Notes: generated from the sequence alone by a model not told the origin. Shown: positions 47,762 to 59,664, numbered from the stretch's first letter. The stretch: DNA of 64,000 nucleotides from an uncultured candidate division Zixibacteria bacterium (GCA_963806185.1 CAWDXE010000001.1:416001-480000), one strand, 5' to 3'. Numbers and translations are program-made.

Positions 47762-50700
47762 CTACTGACACGCCGGCAGCGGCGCGAAGGTGATGAACAG
47801 GTTGTTGATCAAAGCTGTCAGGTCGCCGATGTCGATGCCGCCTAATCCGTCACAATTGGCCTCCGGCTCGCAGCAGAGCGGCTCAAAGGTGATAAACAGG
47901 TTGTTGATCAGTGACGTCAAGTCGCCAATGTCAACACCATCACCTTCGCTGCAGTCGACATTTCCAACTACGGCAATACAGCAACTGGCACTCGGTCCGC
48001 CCACGGCCAACCAACCAAGATCGGTCATGCCGGTCGCCGATACCGTGTTGGCGGCTGTGTCTACTACGGTAGCTGCCACTGGACTCCACGTGGAGCCGCT
48101 ATCGCCACTGCGATAGAGTATCAATGTCGCTTCCGTCACACCATTCAACTCGCCATCGACATAGTGGAACACGACTGCGGCGTTCGCGCCTGTCTTCACC
48201 GTCGGTTTGACGGCGAAGTGTCGCTTAATACTGGGGCTGCCGCCGACCGTCAAAGACGTACCCGTGACGCGCGTAACCTGCGTAGAACCCGGCGCTGTCC
48301 CGGCCGCGGCTATTTCGAGGCCAAGTCCGCCAAATAATTCCGGCGTCCCGCTCGCAAGCGCTCTCGTCGTGCCAACCCGGCCCTGGACAACCCAAATGGA
48401 GTCCTCGACAATTGTCGCCGACGGTGCAAGCGTCACCGCAAAGGCTTCCGTTGAAAGAACGCTGTCGGCCAAATGTAGTTGGCCATTGACCGTCACATTG
48501 CTGCCCAGTTTCACCCCCTTGTTGCCAAGGATGCGCAGATCGCGAAGAGCCGTTGCCGACACAGGCAATTCCGGACCAGTCGTCACTGAATCGACCGAGC
48601 TGATATACTCGACATCAACGACGCTGTCGAAAACAGGTGCCACGGTCAGCGAACCAGTAGCTCGACGAAGGGTTGACTGCTTCGCCATGTGCAGCGCCTT
48701 ATCGTCGGATGAACCGTTATTGTCGAACGTCCCCATTGAGAGAGTTAGATCGCCGTTAACTGTCGCATTGGTTCCGAGCGTTACCGTCTGGCCCGACGAA
48801 TAGATGGTCAGATCTCTCAGCGTCGTAGTCGCCGTCGGCAGTTCCGGGCCGGTGGTGACGCCCGTTGTCGAACTGGTGTAGCGGACATTAACCACGCCCT
48901 CAAACTGCGGCGCCGCCGCTATCGTACCGGTCGCCCGGCTGATCGTCGCACCGTTCCCCAGTTTCAGATTGGCCGTACCCGCACTGTTGTCGATCTGGCC
49001 GGAAGTCATGCGCAACAGACTGTCCACCCGGATCGTCTGCCCGCTTCCCGCCAGCACCAGAATAGCGCTGTTGTTCACTTCCAGACTGTCACTCACCAAC
49101 CGATTGTCGGTCAATGTCCAGGTCTTCTTCGTCCCGTTGCCGGCAAAGCTGAACTCGATATCCCAATAGTTGGTGTCGATCACCACCTGGTCGGTGGTGG
49201 CGCTGGACGGGTTGCGCTGATACCGCACCCGGCCATCGTTGACCAGCGTGGGAGGAAAAACGGTCGTCGACGATGTGGTTTTGTAGATGCCCCCGCGCGA
49301 CAGGATGACCACCGAAGTGTCAAACCAGATGTCCGAAGTGGTCTCCTGGAGCAGTATCCCCGCCGAGTCGACGGTGATCGTTCCGGGGTTGAACATCGCT
49401 CCGCTGGTGGTTGTCCCCAGACCGGTGTTGAGATGGAGCGTCCCCCCCGGCTTGACATTGATGTTGGCCAGACTGATGTCGGACGAACTGGCATCGATAA
49501 ACTCAGCCTCGCCATAAATCGTCATCGGCCCGATCGGTGCCGAGCCGGTGTTGGAGCGGACCCAGTGCGATCCGGTACCATCGACCAGGTGGAACTCTGC
49601 TCCCGGCTGGACGGTAATGGTCAGCTGTTGATCGGCGGTGAAATTGCCCGACGAACTCCAGCGTGACTCCAGATCGTCGTCAATCGCCAACAGGAAACTG
49701 CCGCTCTTGACGTCGAGACTGTGCTGAATCCCCAGACGCATGCCCGTACCGGCGGTGCTGACCGTGACGGTGGAGTCCTTGGCGATAATCAGATCACGGA
49801 ACGAGGTTGACCCCGCGCTGGTGCTGAAGCCGGAGATGACAGCCGGAGCGCTGCCGGCGAAAACGACGTACGCGCTGTCGGATGACCAGCCGGCGGAAAA
49901 GACATTGTGGGTTTCGGAGAAGAGGGTGAAATCGCCGTAAATGGAAAGACGACTCTTGGCGTTAAGATCGATCAGCGCGTCGGTGCCGCCGAAGGTGACC
50001 GACTTGCACATCGCCAAGGTATCGTCTACTGAAATCGTATGGCCGGCCAGAATCATCACGTCATCGTCAGCCGTCGGAATGACCCCGCCCAACCAGGTCG
50101 TAGGAGCGGTCCAGGAGCCGGATTGAGCCGAAATCGACTGACCGGAAAGAATGAGGCCGCTCAGGGTCCAGCGCGAGAAGGCATTGACGCCCGCCAGAGT
50201 TACCGTATTGGCGAGAGTGTCGCGCGTACCGCCGCGCAGTATCCAGGTCGCGCCGTAGTCTGAGGATGCGTACAACACCAGAGTGTTTTCGTCCAGTCCA
50301 TTGAGATCGGCCTGGTCGTACGTAAACACCATCGTGGCATTCAAAGCGGTGTTGTTTGCGGGTGAGATGTCAAAGTAACGAGAAACACTTGGGCTGCCAG
50401 TTAATCACCTGGGGCTGGCCCGTGACTCGCGTGACGTTGGTCACACCCGGCACACCGCCGGCGGCATTGATTGAAATGCCCAGCCCACCAAACGTTTCGG
50501 CCGTCGATTGTGCCATTGTCCGCGAAGTGGCGATGTTACCGAGGACGCCAAAACCGTTGGTTTCGGTCAGGGTGGCGGTCTGAGCAAGGGTCAATGTGTA
50601 GCCATCGGTCGACAGATCGCTGCCGTTGACAACAACTGCACCGTTGACGGTGGCGTTGCTGCCGAGAGTCACACCTTTGTCGCCGGTAATGGTCAGATTG

Positions 50701-53318
50701 CGAAGCACGGCGGTTCCCGTCGGAATTTCAAAGGCAGTGATAGCCGGACTGACGGTGCTGATGTATTCCACATCCACGACTCCGGCAAAGCCGGGGGCCG
50801 CTGTCAGAGCGGCTGAGGCCCGCCGAATAGTTGAACCGTCGGCCATATTCAAAGTGTAGTCGTCGTCCGCACCGTTGTTATCAAACGTGCCGGCGGAGAG
50901 GGTAAGAGCGCCGTTTACCACCGCGTCGGCGCCAAGCGTTACGATCTGGTCGCTGGTAAATATCTGCAGGTCGCGCAGAGCGGAGGAGGAAGTCGGCAGT
51001 TCTTTGCCGGTCGTCACAGAAGTTGCGCTGCTGGTATATTTTACGTCGCATACGCCCGCAAACGACGGCGCCGAGGTCATGGTGCCGGTGGCTCGAGAGA
51101 TTAGACTGCCATCGGCCATGCTAATGGTCACGTTCCCACCCGTATTGTCCAGGGTGCCCGAAGTGAGACGGAGGGTGTTATTGATAGTCAGCGTCTGGGC
51201 CGAGGCCGCGCTCGGATAAACCGTGGCGCTATTATTGACTATGAAGCTGTCGGTAACCATGCGTGGTGCCGTCAGGGCCCACAGCTTACGATGGCTTCCG
51301 CCGGCAAAGCTGAATTCTACGTCCTTGTAATCGCGATCCACGACGTTCTGATCGGACGCCGTCGAAGGGTCGCGCTGATAACGTACCTTGCCGTTATTGG
51401 TGAAATTCGTCGGAAAGATGGTCGAACTTCCGGTCGTCTTGTACGTGCCGCCGGGATTTAAGATCACGATAGACGTATCAAACCAGAGGTTGGACGTCGA
51501 GGTGCTGTAAATGTTTCCTCCGGAGTCGACAGTAATCGTTCCCGGATTGAACATGGCGCCGCTCGTGGACGTATAGAGACTCAATCCCAGTTCCACGGTA
51601 CCGCCCGCTTTTACATCGATTCCGGCGATACTGATATCCGACGAACTGGCGTCAGTAAATTCCGCATAACCGTAGACGGTCATTTTTCCGATCGGTACCG
51701 AACCGGTATTTGACCGAATCCAGTGGACGCCACTGGCTCCGTCATTGACTAACCGGAACTCGCCGTTCGGCTCCACAGTGATTTTCAAATTCTGGTCGCC
51801 GGTCAGAGCCGCACTGCTCGCCCATCGGGCTTCCAATTCGTCGTCCGTTGCCAGGACGAACTTGCCGCTCTTGATATCCAGACTATTTTGGATACCAAAA
51901 CGACAATTCGTGCCACTGGTTGTGAGCACTGTTCCGGAGTCCTTATCGACGATAATATCCCGGAACGCCGTGCATCCAGCGGAAGTGCTCCATCCATAGA
52001 GAGTCTGCGTCGCACCGCCGGCGAACCGGACAAAGGCGCTATCGGACGACCACCCGGCCGAGAATACATTGTGTACCTGACTGAACAGCGTGAAATTGCC
52101 ATAGACAGACAAGGTAGACTTTGCGTTGAGATCGATGTGGGATGCAGTGTCACCAAATGATATCGACTGGCATTCCGCAAAATTGTCGTCGATGGATATG
52201 GTGTGACCAGCGGCAATCACCACCGGATCATTCATGGTCGGAACGATGCCGCCGGCCCAGGTGACGGCTGATGACCATGAACCGGATTGGGCTGACGTAA
52301 TCTGTACGTCGGGAGCAAATGTCTGCGCCACCGCATCGGCCAGTTTGTACCAATTGGCCTCGGTGTCGCGAAGTTTGGCGTACGCCTGTTCGAGATGAAG
52401 GAACTGGCCCGTATTCGCAGTTGCCGCCTGATCGCACGGGTCAGCCGACCCGTTGATCAGTCGTCCCTGCACATTATCCTGACCGAGGTAGTAGTTGTAG
52501 GCCAGGTCCACGTGCGCGATCTTGAACGTCAGCGTGTTGTCTTGCAGTAGTAGCTTTGCCTTGAGTGGGGCCAGGTACTCGGTCGCAGGAGTCAGCTGGC
52601 TGCCGTTGCTCATGATAATATCCGGGTCCTCAGCGCTGTAATCCCCCTTGGTATACCCATGAGGCTGGATGACGATGGCGTTGCTGCGGTAGGCAAGCAG
52701 CTCCTCAGTGGTAATCTCAAATGTCGCGCTGGAGGCATGCGCCTGATCGCCGAGGCGATACGGCTCGGACGAATCAGCACACGAAGTAGAGGTCCCGGAA
52801 CATGGAGAATAAGAAGTGGAATTGCACTTGTGAGCGCCGGCCAGGCAGAAGATCCAGGCGTCGGCGGTGGTGTATACTCGAATCGACTGATTGCCTGTAT
52901 TCAGATTCTGCAGGGGATGAGGCGCCTGAATGACCAGGCGAGACCGGCTCGGGCTGGGATTGAATACGAATGTACCCCAGTAGTTGGTCGTGGAGCCGGG
53001 TGTCCGTTCGAGCACCCAATAGACCTGATCAATCACGGGCGGCGTGTCGGTGAATTGCACCACTCGATAGTCGATCGTCCCGGCGAGAGTATGGGCGGCC
53101 GCGTGATCACCACTCAGCATCGCCTGAATAATCTGGCGCCACGTCTGAGTCCCGGTGGTAGTCGGTTCCACATACTTGTCTTGATCGATCCCCGCATCGG
53201 TCGGCGACGCGGCGATAATTGAGTCGATGTGACTAGTGATACTCCCAGTCATCGTGACCTGGCCGCTCGCGCTGGCGCAGATCAGCATCAATGCGATGAG
53301 CATTAACCGGTGATACAC
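47762..53318 (-). CDS. Giant secreted protein: putative Zn-hydrolase domain, two G8-like/beta-solenoid modules and dockerin-like tail; split by +1 frameshift near 50399
   Basis: ORFs 50370-53459 and 47762-50344 join as VINGSPSVSRYFDISP when one base is removed; GTG start after AGGAGG. Confidence 0.8.
48807..50047. repeat. ~1.24-kb near-identical duplication, copy 1
   Basis: Matches 55709-56949; three substitutions seen by eye. Confidence 0.95.
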
Positions 53319-53455
53319 GCTGACATTCCTCCTGCCGGTATTAGATACCAGCCCTGCATATTTCCAATGAATAAGTTCTGGTGAATAGGCTCTCGACGTC
53401 GCCCCCGTCCGGATCGACGTCTTCCGTTCGACATGTCCCTTTCGCGTCGCTAATA

Positions 53456-54517
53456 TCATGGCGTGAACTCAAAGAGGGTTGTGTCGTATGTGTAGTGCCT
53501 CAGCGCGGAGGCAGTAGCCGGCGACTGGGACTGCAGAAGTTCAGCCACCGCGTCGATTTCCGTCTGGGTCAGTTTCGCGCGCGACGCAACAGCCACCGCG
53601 ACGGTCGTTGCTGTGTCGGATTCACACTTCAAGCCGTCAGAAAACGCGTTCGCCATTGCCTCATTGGGATCGACAATCGCCACGCGATACCCCAATTGCG
53701 CATGAAACGCGCTGTCAAATTCCTTGCGGGCATAGCCGTAGTGCGTGCAGCAGAGTGCCACCACTGCCTCGCCACGATTCTCCGGACCGCGCTTGCTCAA
53801 AGCCTCCTGCACGTACATGCTGATCAGGCTATTCACGATGTCGCTCGCCGGATCAGTCTGAATCTCCGACTCAAGATCCTCGCAGGCCTGCGTCACGATT
53901 CGATTCGCGGGAATTCCGGACTGCTCGAGGCCGCGTTGGTGAGCCTCGGATTGAATGGTCGTCGGCGTCCCCATGATGATTGCCCATTTCGAACTGTCGC
54001 TTTCCAGCTCCTCTCGCAAGGGAGCAACGCCGAAATCGACAATCCCGGCGACCGGCACCGTGCCCGTCGAGGCAAATTCCGTTGCCGGATAGACAACCGA
54101 TAGTGTATTGCAGGCGATGAGAATAATGTCGGGATGATACTTTTGGGTGAATCCGCTCAGCGCTGAGGAGAAGACGCGGGCTTTTGACCCAAGGTCAGGC
54201 ATTCTGTTGTACAGATGCTCGTTGTCGGGTAACGCGTTTGCATAGACGAGATCGACCTTGGACCCCAGCGAACAGTCACGCAACCGTTGTTCGATTGCGG
54301 CCGCCACCGACAGACCCCCCAGACCTGAGTCGGTAATGACGATGGTCACGCGGTCTTTGTGAAACAAAGCGGCGATCGCACTGGAAAGGCTGCGATCGCC
54401 AAGAACTGCGTTGTCGCTAAGAGCAGAGAGAAGTGGCCAGGTCGTGACGATCAACGCCAACACTGGGATTCGACAAAACCAATGGGAAACTCGGGTTGTC
54501 TGTCGCCCCTGCCTCAT
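53456..54517 (-). CDS. Glutamate racemase (MurI-like) with N-terminal signal-like extension
   Basis: DSGLGGLSV, IACNT, MGTPTT, CTHY; both catalytic Cys motifs present. Confidence 0.88.
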   Translation of the reverse strand: MRQGRQTTRVSHWFCRIPVLALIVTTWPLLSALSDNAVLGDRSLSSAIAALFHKDRVTIVITDSGLGGLSVAAAIEQRLRDCSLGSKVDLVYANALPDNEHLYNRMPDLGSKARVFSSALSGFTQKYHPDIILIACNTLSVVYPATEFASTGTVPVAGIVDFGVAPLREELESDSSKWAIIMGTPTTIQSEAHQRGLEQSGIPANRIVTQACEDLESEIQTDPASDIVNSLISMYVQEALSKRGPENRGEAVVALCCTHYGYARKEFDSAFHAQLGYRVAIVDPNEAMANAFSDGLKCESDTATTVAVAVASRAKLTQTEIDAVAELLQSQSPATASALRHYTYDTTLFEFTP

Positions 54518-54877
54518 TTGGCGCTTCGCATTCTGACCGAAGATTCGGCCGTCTCAGTGCTGTTGATCCAGTGCAGACGCCTCTCGCGGCTCTGCTGATT
54601 GCCACCGTTTTAGTACAGCCCTATGGCACCCCCTACACACGACGCAATGCACCGTTAACTGGATGGCTTGTGCGCCCTCCAAACCACGAGGCGGAAATTC
54701 TTTCTTAGGCTGTAACAATTTCCATGCCAGTATTTTGGCTGCTGATAGACAACGACTTAAGTGGGCTGATGGTGGACACCGATGACCAGTTCGGGCTGTT
54801 TCCGCACGCTCTGTCGTCCGGAATTAGCCCATTAATTGTGGCAATTTGATCAGGTGAAGAGAACCAGCGCGACGATA

Positions 54878-54904
54878 CCGCCCGACCTATGGTCGGGCGG
54901 CTAC
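54878..54904 (-). repeat. GTAG-type REP-like palindrome / hairpin
   Basis: GTAG-CCGCCCGACC-ATA-GGTCGGGCGG on the minus strand. Confidence 0.55.
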
Positions 54905-54936
54905 GTTGCTGGATAATCAGGAGATGCAGAGGATTG

Positions 54937-57900
54937 TCAATTGCTGCAATCAGGGAGCGGTGCGAACGTGATGAAGAGGTTATTGATCAAAGCAGTAAGA
55001 TCCCCGATATCGATCCCGCCAACTCCGTCGCAATTTGCTTCACCGTCGCAACAGAGGGGTGCGAAGTCAATAAACAGGTTATTTATGAGACTCGTGAGGT
55101 CGCCGATATCAACCCCGTCATCTTCTGAGCAATCGACATTTCCGACTGTGCCAACGCAACAACCCAAATCTGCCGTTCCGAGCGTCAGCCACCCAAGTCG
55201 ATCAAGCCCCGAAGCGCTCACAAAATTCCCCGTGGTGTCGATGACACCAGGAAGTGGATTCCAGCTCGCTCCTGAATCCAGGCTCTGATATAGTCCAAGT
55301 GTGGCCTCGCCCAGACCATTTAATTCCAATACTCCGTAATGGAACACCACCGCGGCATTCAAGCCGCTTGTGACACTCGGGTCACCTGTATAGTAGCGTA
55401 AAATGCCGTTGCCGGTGGACAGCGTCTGGGCTGTGCCGGTGACTCTCATGACATGTGTTGAACCGGGAGTTGTGCCGGCGGCCGTAATTTCCAGACCAAT
55501 GCCGCCGAAATTCTGCGTCACACCCTGGTTAATTGTCCGCGTCGTTTGCACACGTCCCCAGACTGACCATAATGAATCTTCGATTAGAGTAGCCGTTGGC
55601 CCCAGCGTCAACGTATAGGCACCCGTAAGGAGGGACGAGTCGGCAACGTGAACAGTCCCACTTGCAGTTGCGTTCGCGCCCAAACTGATACCTTTGGGAG
55701 TAGCAACAGTCAGATCTCTCAGCGTCGTTGTCGCCGTCGGCAGTTCCGGGCCGGTGGTGACGCCCGTTGTCGAACTGGTGTAGCGGACATTAACCACGCC
55801 CTCAAACTGCGGCGCCGCCGCTATCGTACCGGTCGCCCGGCTGATCGTCGCACCGTTCCCCAGTTTCAGATTGGCCGTACCCGCACTGTTGTCGATCTGG
55901 CCGGAAGTCATGCGCAACAGACTGTCCACCCGGATCGTCTGCCCGCTTCCCGCCAGCACCAGAATAGCGCTGTTGTTCACTTCCAGACTGTCACTCACCA
56001 ACCGATTGTCGGTCAATGTCCAGGTCTTCTTCGTCCCGTTGCCGGCAAAGCTGAACTCGATATCCCAATAGTTGGTGTCGATCACCACCTGGTCGGTGGT
56101 GGCGCTGGACGGGTTGCGCTGATACCGCACCCGGCCATCGTTGACCAGCGTGGGAGGAAAAACGGTCGTCGACGATGTGGTTTTGTAGATGCCCCCGCGC
56201 GACAGGATGACCACCGAAGTGTCAAACCAGATGTCCGAAGTGGTCTCCTGGAGCAGTATCCCCGCCGAGTCGACGGTGATCGTTCCGGGGTTGAACATCG
56301 CTCCGCTGGTGGTTGTCCCCAGACCGGTGTTGAGATGGAGCGTCCCCCCCGGCTTGACATTGATGGTGGCCAGACTGATGTCGGACGAACTGGCATCGAT
56401 AAACTCAGCCTCGCCATAAATCGTCATCGGCCCGATCGGTGCCGAGCCGGTGTTGGAGCGGACCCAGTGCGATCCGGTACCATCGACCAGGTGGAACTCT
56501 GCTCCCGGCTGGACGGTAATGGTCAGCTGTTGATCGGCGGTGAAATTGCCCGACGAACTCCAGCGTGACTCCAGATCGTCGTCAATCGCCAACAGGAAAC
56601 TGCCGCTCTTGACGTCGAGACTGTGCTGAATCCCCAGACGCATGCCCGTACCGGCGGTGCTGACCGTGACGGTGGAGTCCTTGGCGATAATCAGATCACG
56701 GAACGAGGTTGACCCCGCGCTGGTGCTGAAGCCGGAGATGACAGCCGGAGCGCTGCCGGCGAAAACGACGTACGCGCTGTCGGATGACCAGCCGGCGGAA
56801 AAGACATTGTGGGTTTCGGAGAAGAGGGTGAAATCGCCGTAAATGGAAAGACGACTCTTGGCGTTAAGATCGATCAGCGCGTCGGTGCCGCCGAACGTGA
56901 CCGACTTGCACATCGCCAAGGTATCGTCTACTGAAATCGTATGGCCGGCAGAGATGACAACATCATCAGTTGGGCCGGGCACGAGGCCGCCGATCCAGGT
57001 GTCGGGATCAGTCCAGCTCCCGCCCTGGGCGGTGCCGAAATTGATGTGTGCGGGAAACGTCGCGGCAATCGCATTGGCCAGTTTATTCCAATTGGCCTCA
57101 GTATCTCTCAAACCCGTGTATACCTGTTCCAGGTGAATGAAGCGTCCGGTCGTTGAGGTGGCCAATGTGCCACATGGATCGGCGCTGCCGTTTATCAGCC
57201 TTCCCTGGGTATTATCACGGCCTATCAGGCGGTCCCAGGTCATGTCGACATGCGCGACCTTGAACGTGAGAGTCGCATCCTGGAGCAGCAGATTATCACG
57301 CAATTGGATCGCATAGTCGTCGATGGGCGTATACCTGGTGCCGTTACTCATGATGATATCCGGATCGCCTGCCTCGGGCGAGAAGCCGTGCGGCTGGATA
57401 ACGATGAGATTCGGAATCGGGGTCAGCATCTCTTCCATGGTTACCTGAAATGGTCCCAGCACAACATGAGCCTGATCGGAGTAGCGATAGTTGTCGTAAG
57501 TTTCCGAACAGGCTGTCGTGGTGCCGTCGCACGGGGAAGCTGTGACGCCGTTGCACCGATGCGTACCGGAAAGAAAGTAGGCCTTGGCGCCCGTTTTGCG
57601 AAAGGCATGAAACCCCTGTTGTCCGGTCTTACGATCGTGCAGAGGATGCGGGCACTGAATGACCAGCGTCGGCCGCCAGGGTGATGGATTGAACACGAAC
57701 GTGCCCCAATACCGTGACGCGGATGTCGCTTGCCGTTCCAGAATGTAATACAGTTTGTCGGGTGTGGCCACGGTGTCGGTGAACGCGGTGACCTGATATT
57801 CGATAGACTCGCCCAGCGAGTCGGCGACGGCATAATTGCCATTGAGGATATTCTGGATAATCGACCGCCACAGCGTACGCGACGACGCCCCCGGTTGAAG

Positions 57901-58044
57901 GTAAAGCCCCGAAGGAGTTGCATCCGGGATCACTCCGATCAGACTGTCGATGTGCTCGGTAATGTCGCCGTTGACCACCACTTGTCCCGAAAGACCGGCA
58001 CTGATCAACAAGAATAGGAAGGCGAAGCTTAGGATGTGTTTCAT
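54937..58044 (-). CDS. Secreted protein: putative Zn-hydrolase domain, one G8-like/beta-solenoid module and dockerin-like tail
   Basis: MKHILSF start after GGTGAG; PHPLHD, GTHRC, SDQAH, QPHG motifs; paralog of 47762-53318. Confidence 0.85.
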   Translation of the reverse strand: MKHILSFAFLFLLISAGLSGQVVVNGDITEHIDSLIGVIPDATPSGLYLQPGASSRTLWRSIIQNILNGNYAVADSLGESIEYQVTAFTDTVATPDKLYYILERQATSASRYWGTFVFNPSPWRPTLVIQCPHPLHDRKTGQQGFHAFRKTGAKAYFLSGTHRCNGVTASPCDGTTTACSETYDNYRYSDQAHVVLGPFQVTMEEMLTPIPNLIVIQPHGFSPEAGDPDIIMSNGTRYTPIDDYAIQLRDNLLLQDATLTFKVAHVDMTWDRLIGRDNTQGRLINGSADPCGTLATSTTGRFIHLEQVYTGLRDTEANWNKLANAIAATFPAHINFGTAQGGSWTDPDTWIGGLVPGPTDDVVISAGHTISVDDTLAMCKSVTFGGTDALIDLNAKSRLSIYGDFTLFSETHNVFSAGWSSDSAYVVFAGSAPAVISGFSTSAGSTSFRDLIIAKDSTVTVSTAGTGMRLGIQHSLDVKSGSFLLAIDDDLESRWSSSGNFTADQQLTITVQPGAEFHLVDGTGSHWVRSNTGSAPIGPMTIYGEAEFIDASSSDISLATINVKPGGTLHLNTGLGTTTSGAMFNPGTITVDSAGILLQETTSDIWFDTSVVILSRGGIYKTTSSTTVFPPTLVNDGRVRYQRNPSSATTDQVVIDTNYWDIEFSFAGNGTKKTWTLTDNRLVSDSLEVNNSAILVLAGSGQTIRVDSLLRMTSGQIDNSAGTANLKLGNGATISRATGTIAAAPQFEGVVNVRYTSSTTGVTTGPELPTATTTLRDLTVATPKGISLGANATASGTVHVADSSLLTGAYTLTLGPTATLIEDSLWSVWGRVQTTRTINQGVTQNFGGIGLEITAAGTTPGSTHVMRVTGTAQTLSTGNGILRYYTGDPSVTSGLNAAVVFHYGVLELNGLGEATLGLYQSLDSGASWNPLPGVIDTTGNFVSASGLDRLGWLTLGTADLGCCVGTVGNVDCSEDDGVDIGDLTSLINNLFIDFAPLCCDGEANCDGVGGIDIGDLTALINNLFITFAPLPDCSN
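55709..56949. repeat. ~1.24-kb near-identical duplication, copy 2
   Basis: Matches 48807-50047. Confidence 0.95.
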
Positions 58045-58112
58045 GTTCTCACCGGTTATGCTCTTGCTACACGTTTCTGAGTCTTCATATATATCGACGC
58101 GCTCAGCCACAT

Positions 58113-59231
58113 TCACTCTTCGTGGCCGAAAGTTTTTTTGTTCGCCACAGCAGGGTGGGTTGATTGCGCCCGCAGTGTGCGGTTTGCTCTCACTCGAACC
58201 CCCAGCAGAGCGGCACATATAGCCGCCAAGCCAACAGCAGGCCCGATCGGGTTGGCCACCCGGTCGAAGTAGAGATCAGTCGATTCGGGAATCTGATTCC
58301 CCGGCGCTACCGGCAAGCCAAACCGGGCCGCCAGATCTTTGATGTTGAGCAAATGAACGATGGGGATATTCCGCTCGGCAAGGCGCACAAGTAGGCCGCG
58401 CTCTTCATCCTGACAGCCGCTCCAATGCTCATGATAACCGTTTGGTATGGAGAGTTCGTGACCGCAACGCCCCATGGCCGCCTGGTTGCCGCCAATATTA
58501 ATGACGAGACTCACGTGCTCTTTCACGAGCAGATTGGTCTTTGCAAGAATCGACTCCTGCAACGATCCGGGATGGTACACTGTGACGTTACACCTCACGG
58601 CCGCCTGTTTAAGAAGCAGAACGCCTTCGTCAAGCATGCCGCCGCCGTTGTCGTTCTCACCGCCTAACGACACAATCATTGAGCGGTACTTCAGCCCGGC
58701 GTTGTCCGCTAACCACTTCTCCATATCGATCCAGGTTGCACCAGGCTGATTCGCACCGTATGCGGACGCCCCGAGCGACGAAAAAACTATCGCCTTCGCG
58801 CCGACTGTCTGTACCGCCGCCAACGCGGCGATACTCAGGGTAGGAAATGACCCGGAGAGCACTACTCCCACGGTGGAAGTGGAGTCAATGCCTGCCTCCT
58901 TCAGCCACCGAACCACCAGTGCGGCGAAGTCGGGGTTGGCCGCCGTCTCTTTGGCTTCCAGCGATCCAAGCGTGGTTGTGGTTGATGTAAAGTCATCGCC
59001 GATCAGAGCATTGTAGTGCGTTGTTGATCGACTGTCGGAAACTATCTGCTGAGAAGTCTTAAGCCGTTCTATCGACTCGAACCATTTGGCGCAGAGAACG
59101 GAAGCCTGCCGCATCTCAGTTTCGAATGGCAGACGATCAGAGGTGAACGATACTTCGTTTACGATCACGACTGCCGCAATAGAGATCAGCAGTACGAGAG
59201 CCATCCACAATGTGCTTATAGGCCGTTTCAT
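58113..59231 (-). CDS. pgsW: Poly-gamma-glutamate system protein
   Basis: LIG..F...TTTLGSLEAK..A.NPDFAA, SGSFP, SSLGAS.YGAN.P..TW.DME, INIGG; adjacent to capC. Confidence 0.88.
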   Translation of the reverse strand: MKRPISTLWMALVLLISIAAVVIVNEVSFTSDRLPFETEMRQASVLCAKWFESIERLKTSQQIVSDSRSTTHYNALIGDDFTSTTTTLGSLEAKETAANPDFAALVVRWLKEAGIDSTSTVGVVLSGSFPTLSIAALAAVQTVGAKAIVFSSLGASAYGANQPGATWIDMEKWLADNAGLKYRSMIVSLGGENDNGGGMLDEGVLLLKQAAVRCNVTVYHPGSLQESILAKTNLLVKEHVSLVINIGGNQAAMGRCGHELSIPNGYHEHWSGCQDEERGLLVRLAERNIPIVHLLNIKDLAARFGLPVAPGNQIPESTDLYFDRVANPIGPAVGLAAICAALLGVRVRANRTLRAQSTHPAVANKKTFGHEE

Positions 59232-59235
59232 AACT

Positions 59236-59664
59236 TCATCGTATCAGCACAATTATCAGGAAGGTAATAGCACTCACCACGCCGAGCGCGGCGGCGGTTT
59301 TCACGAAACCCTGGCGTGAGGACTCGTTGGCGATTAGTCCCGGAATGATGTAGCCGATCGACTGCATATTAAGCGGGAATCCTGCGAAGGGCTGAAACTG
59401 CATCTCAATCCCTACCTTAATGCAGAAGCCGAGCAGAACAGCCAACAGCAGGCGACGTCGTCCGTACAGAATGGCGTGACGCGAAAGGAAGAGCATGATC
59501 GCCCACACTGCCGCCGCGAGAAGCAGGGTGATCGCAATGCGGCCGGGTTCGTAAACATAGAGCGCACAATAGGCGGGGGCGATTACCCCGCCCGGAGAAA
59601 TGTCGGTCAATTCATAAAACAGAAAGCCGACTACCAGCCCGATGAAAAAGTACTCAAACAACAT
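59236..59664 (-). CDS. capC: Poly-gamma-glutamate biosynthesis protein CapC/PgsC
   Basis: SPGG.I.P.Y.AL, ILYGRR, IGYIIPGLIAN...RQG. Confidence 0.93.
   Translation of the reverse strand: MLFEYFFIGLVVGFLFYELTDISPGGVIAPAYCALYVYEPGRIAITLLLAAAVWAIMLFLSRHAILYGRRRLLLAVLLGFCIKVGIEMQFQPFAGFPLNMQSIGYIIPGLIANESSRQGFVKTAAALGVVSAITFLIIVLIR

Noticed and set aside
48807..56949. Diversity-generating retroelement TR/VR pair
   Set aside because: The repeat is too long and has very few differences, and there is no reverse transcriptase in the window.
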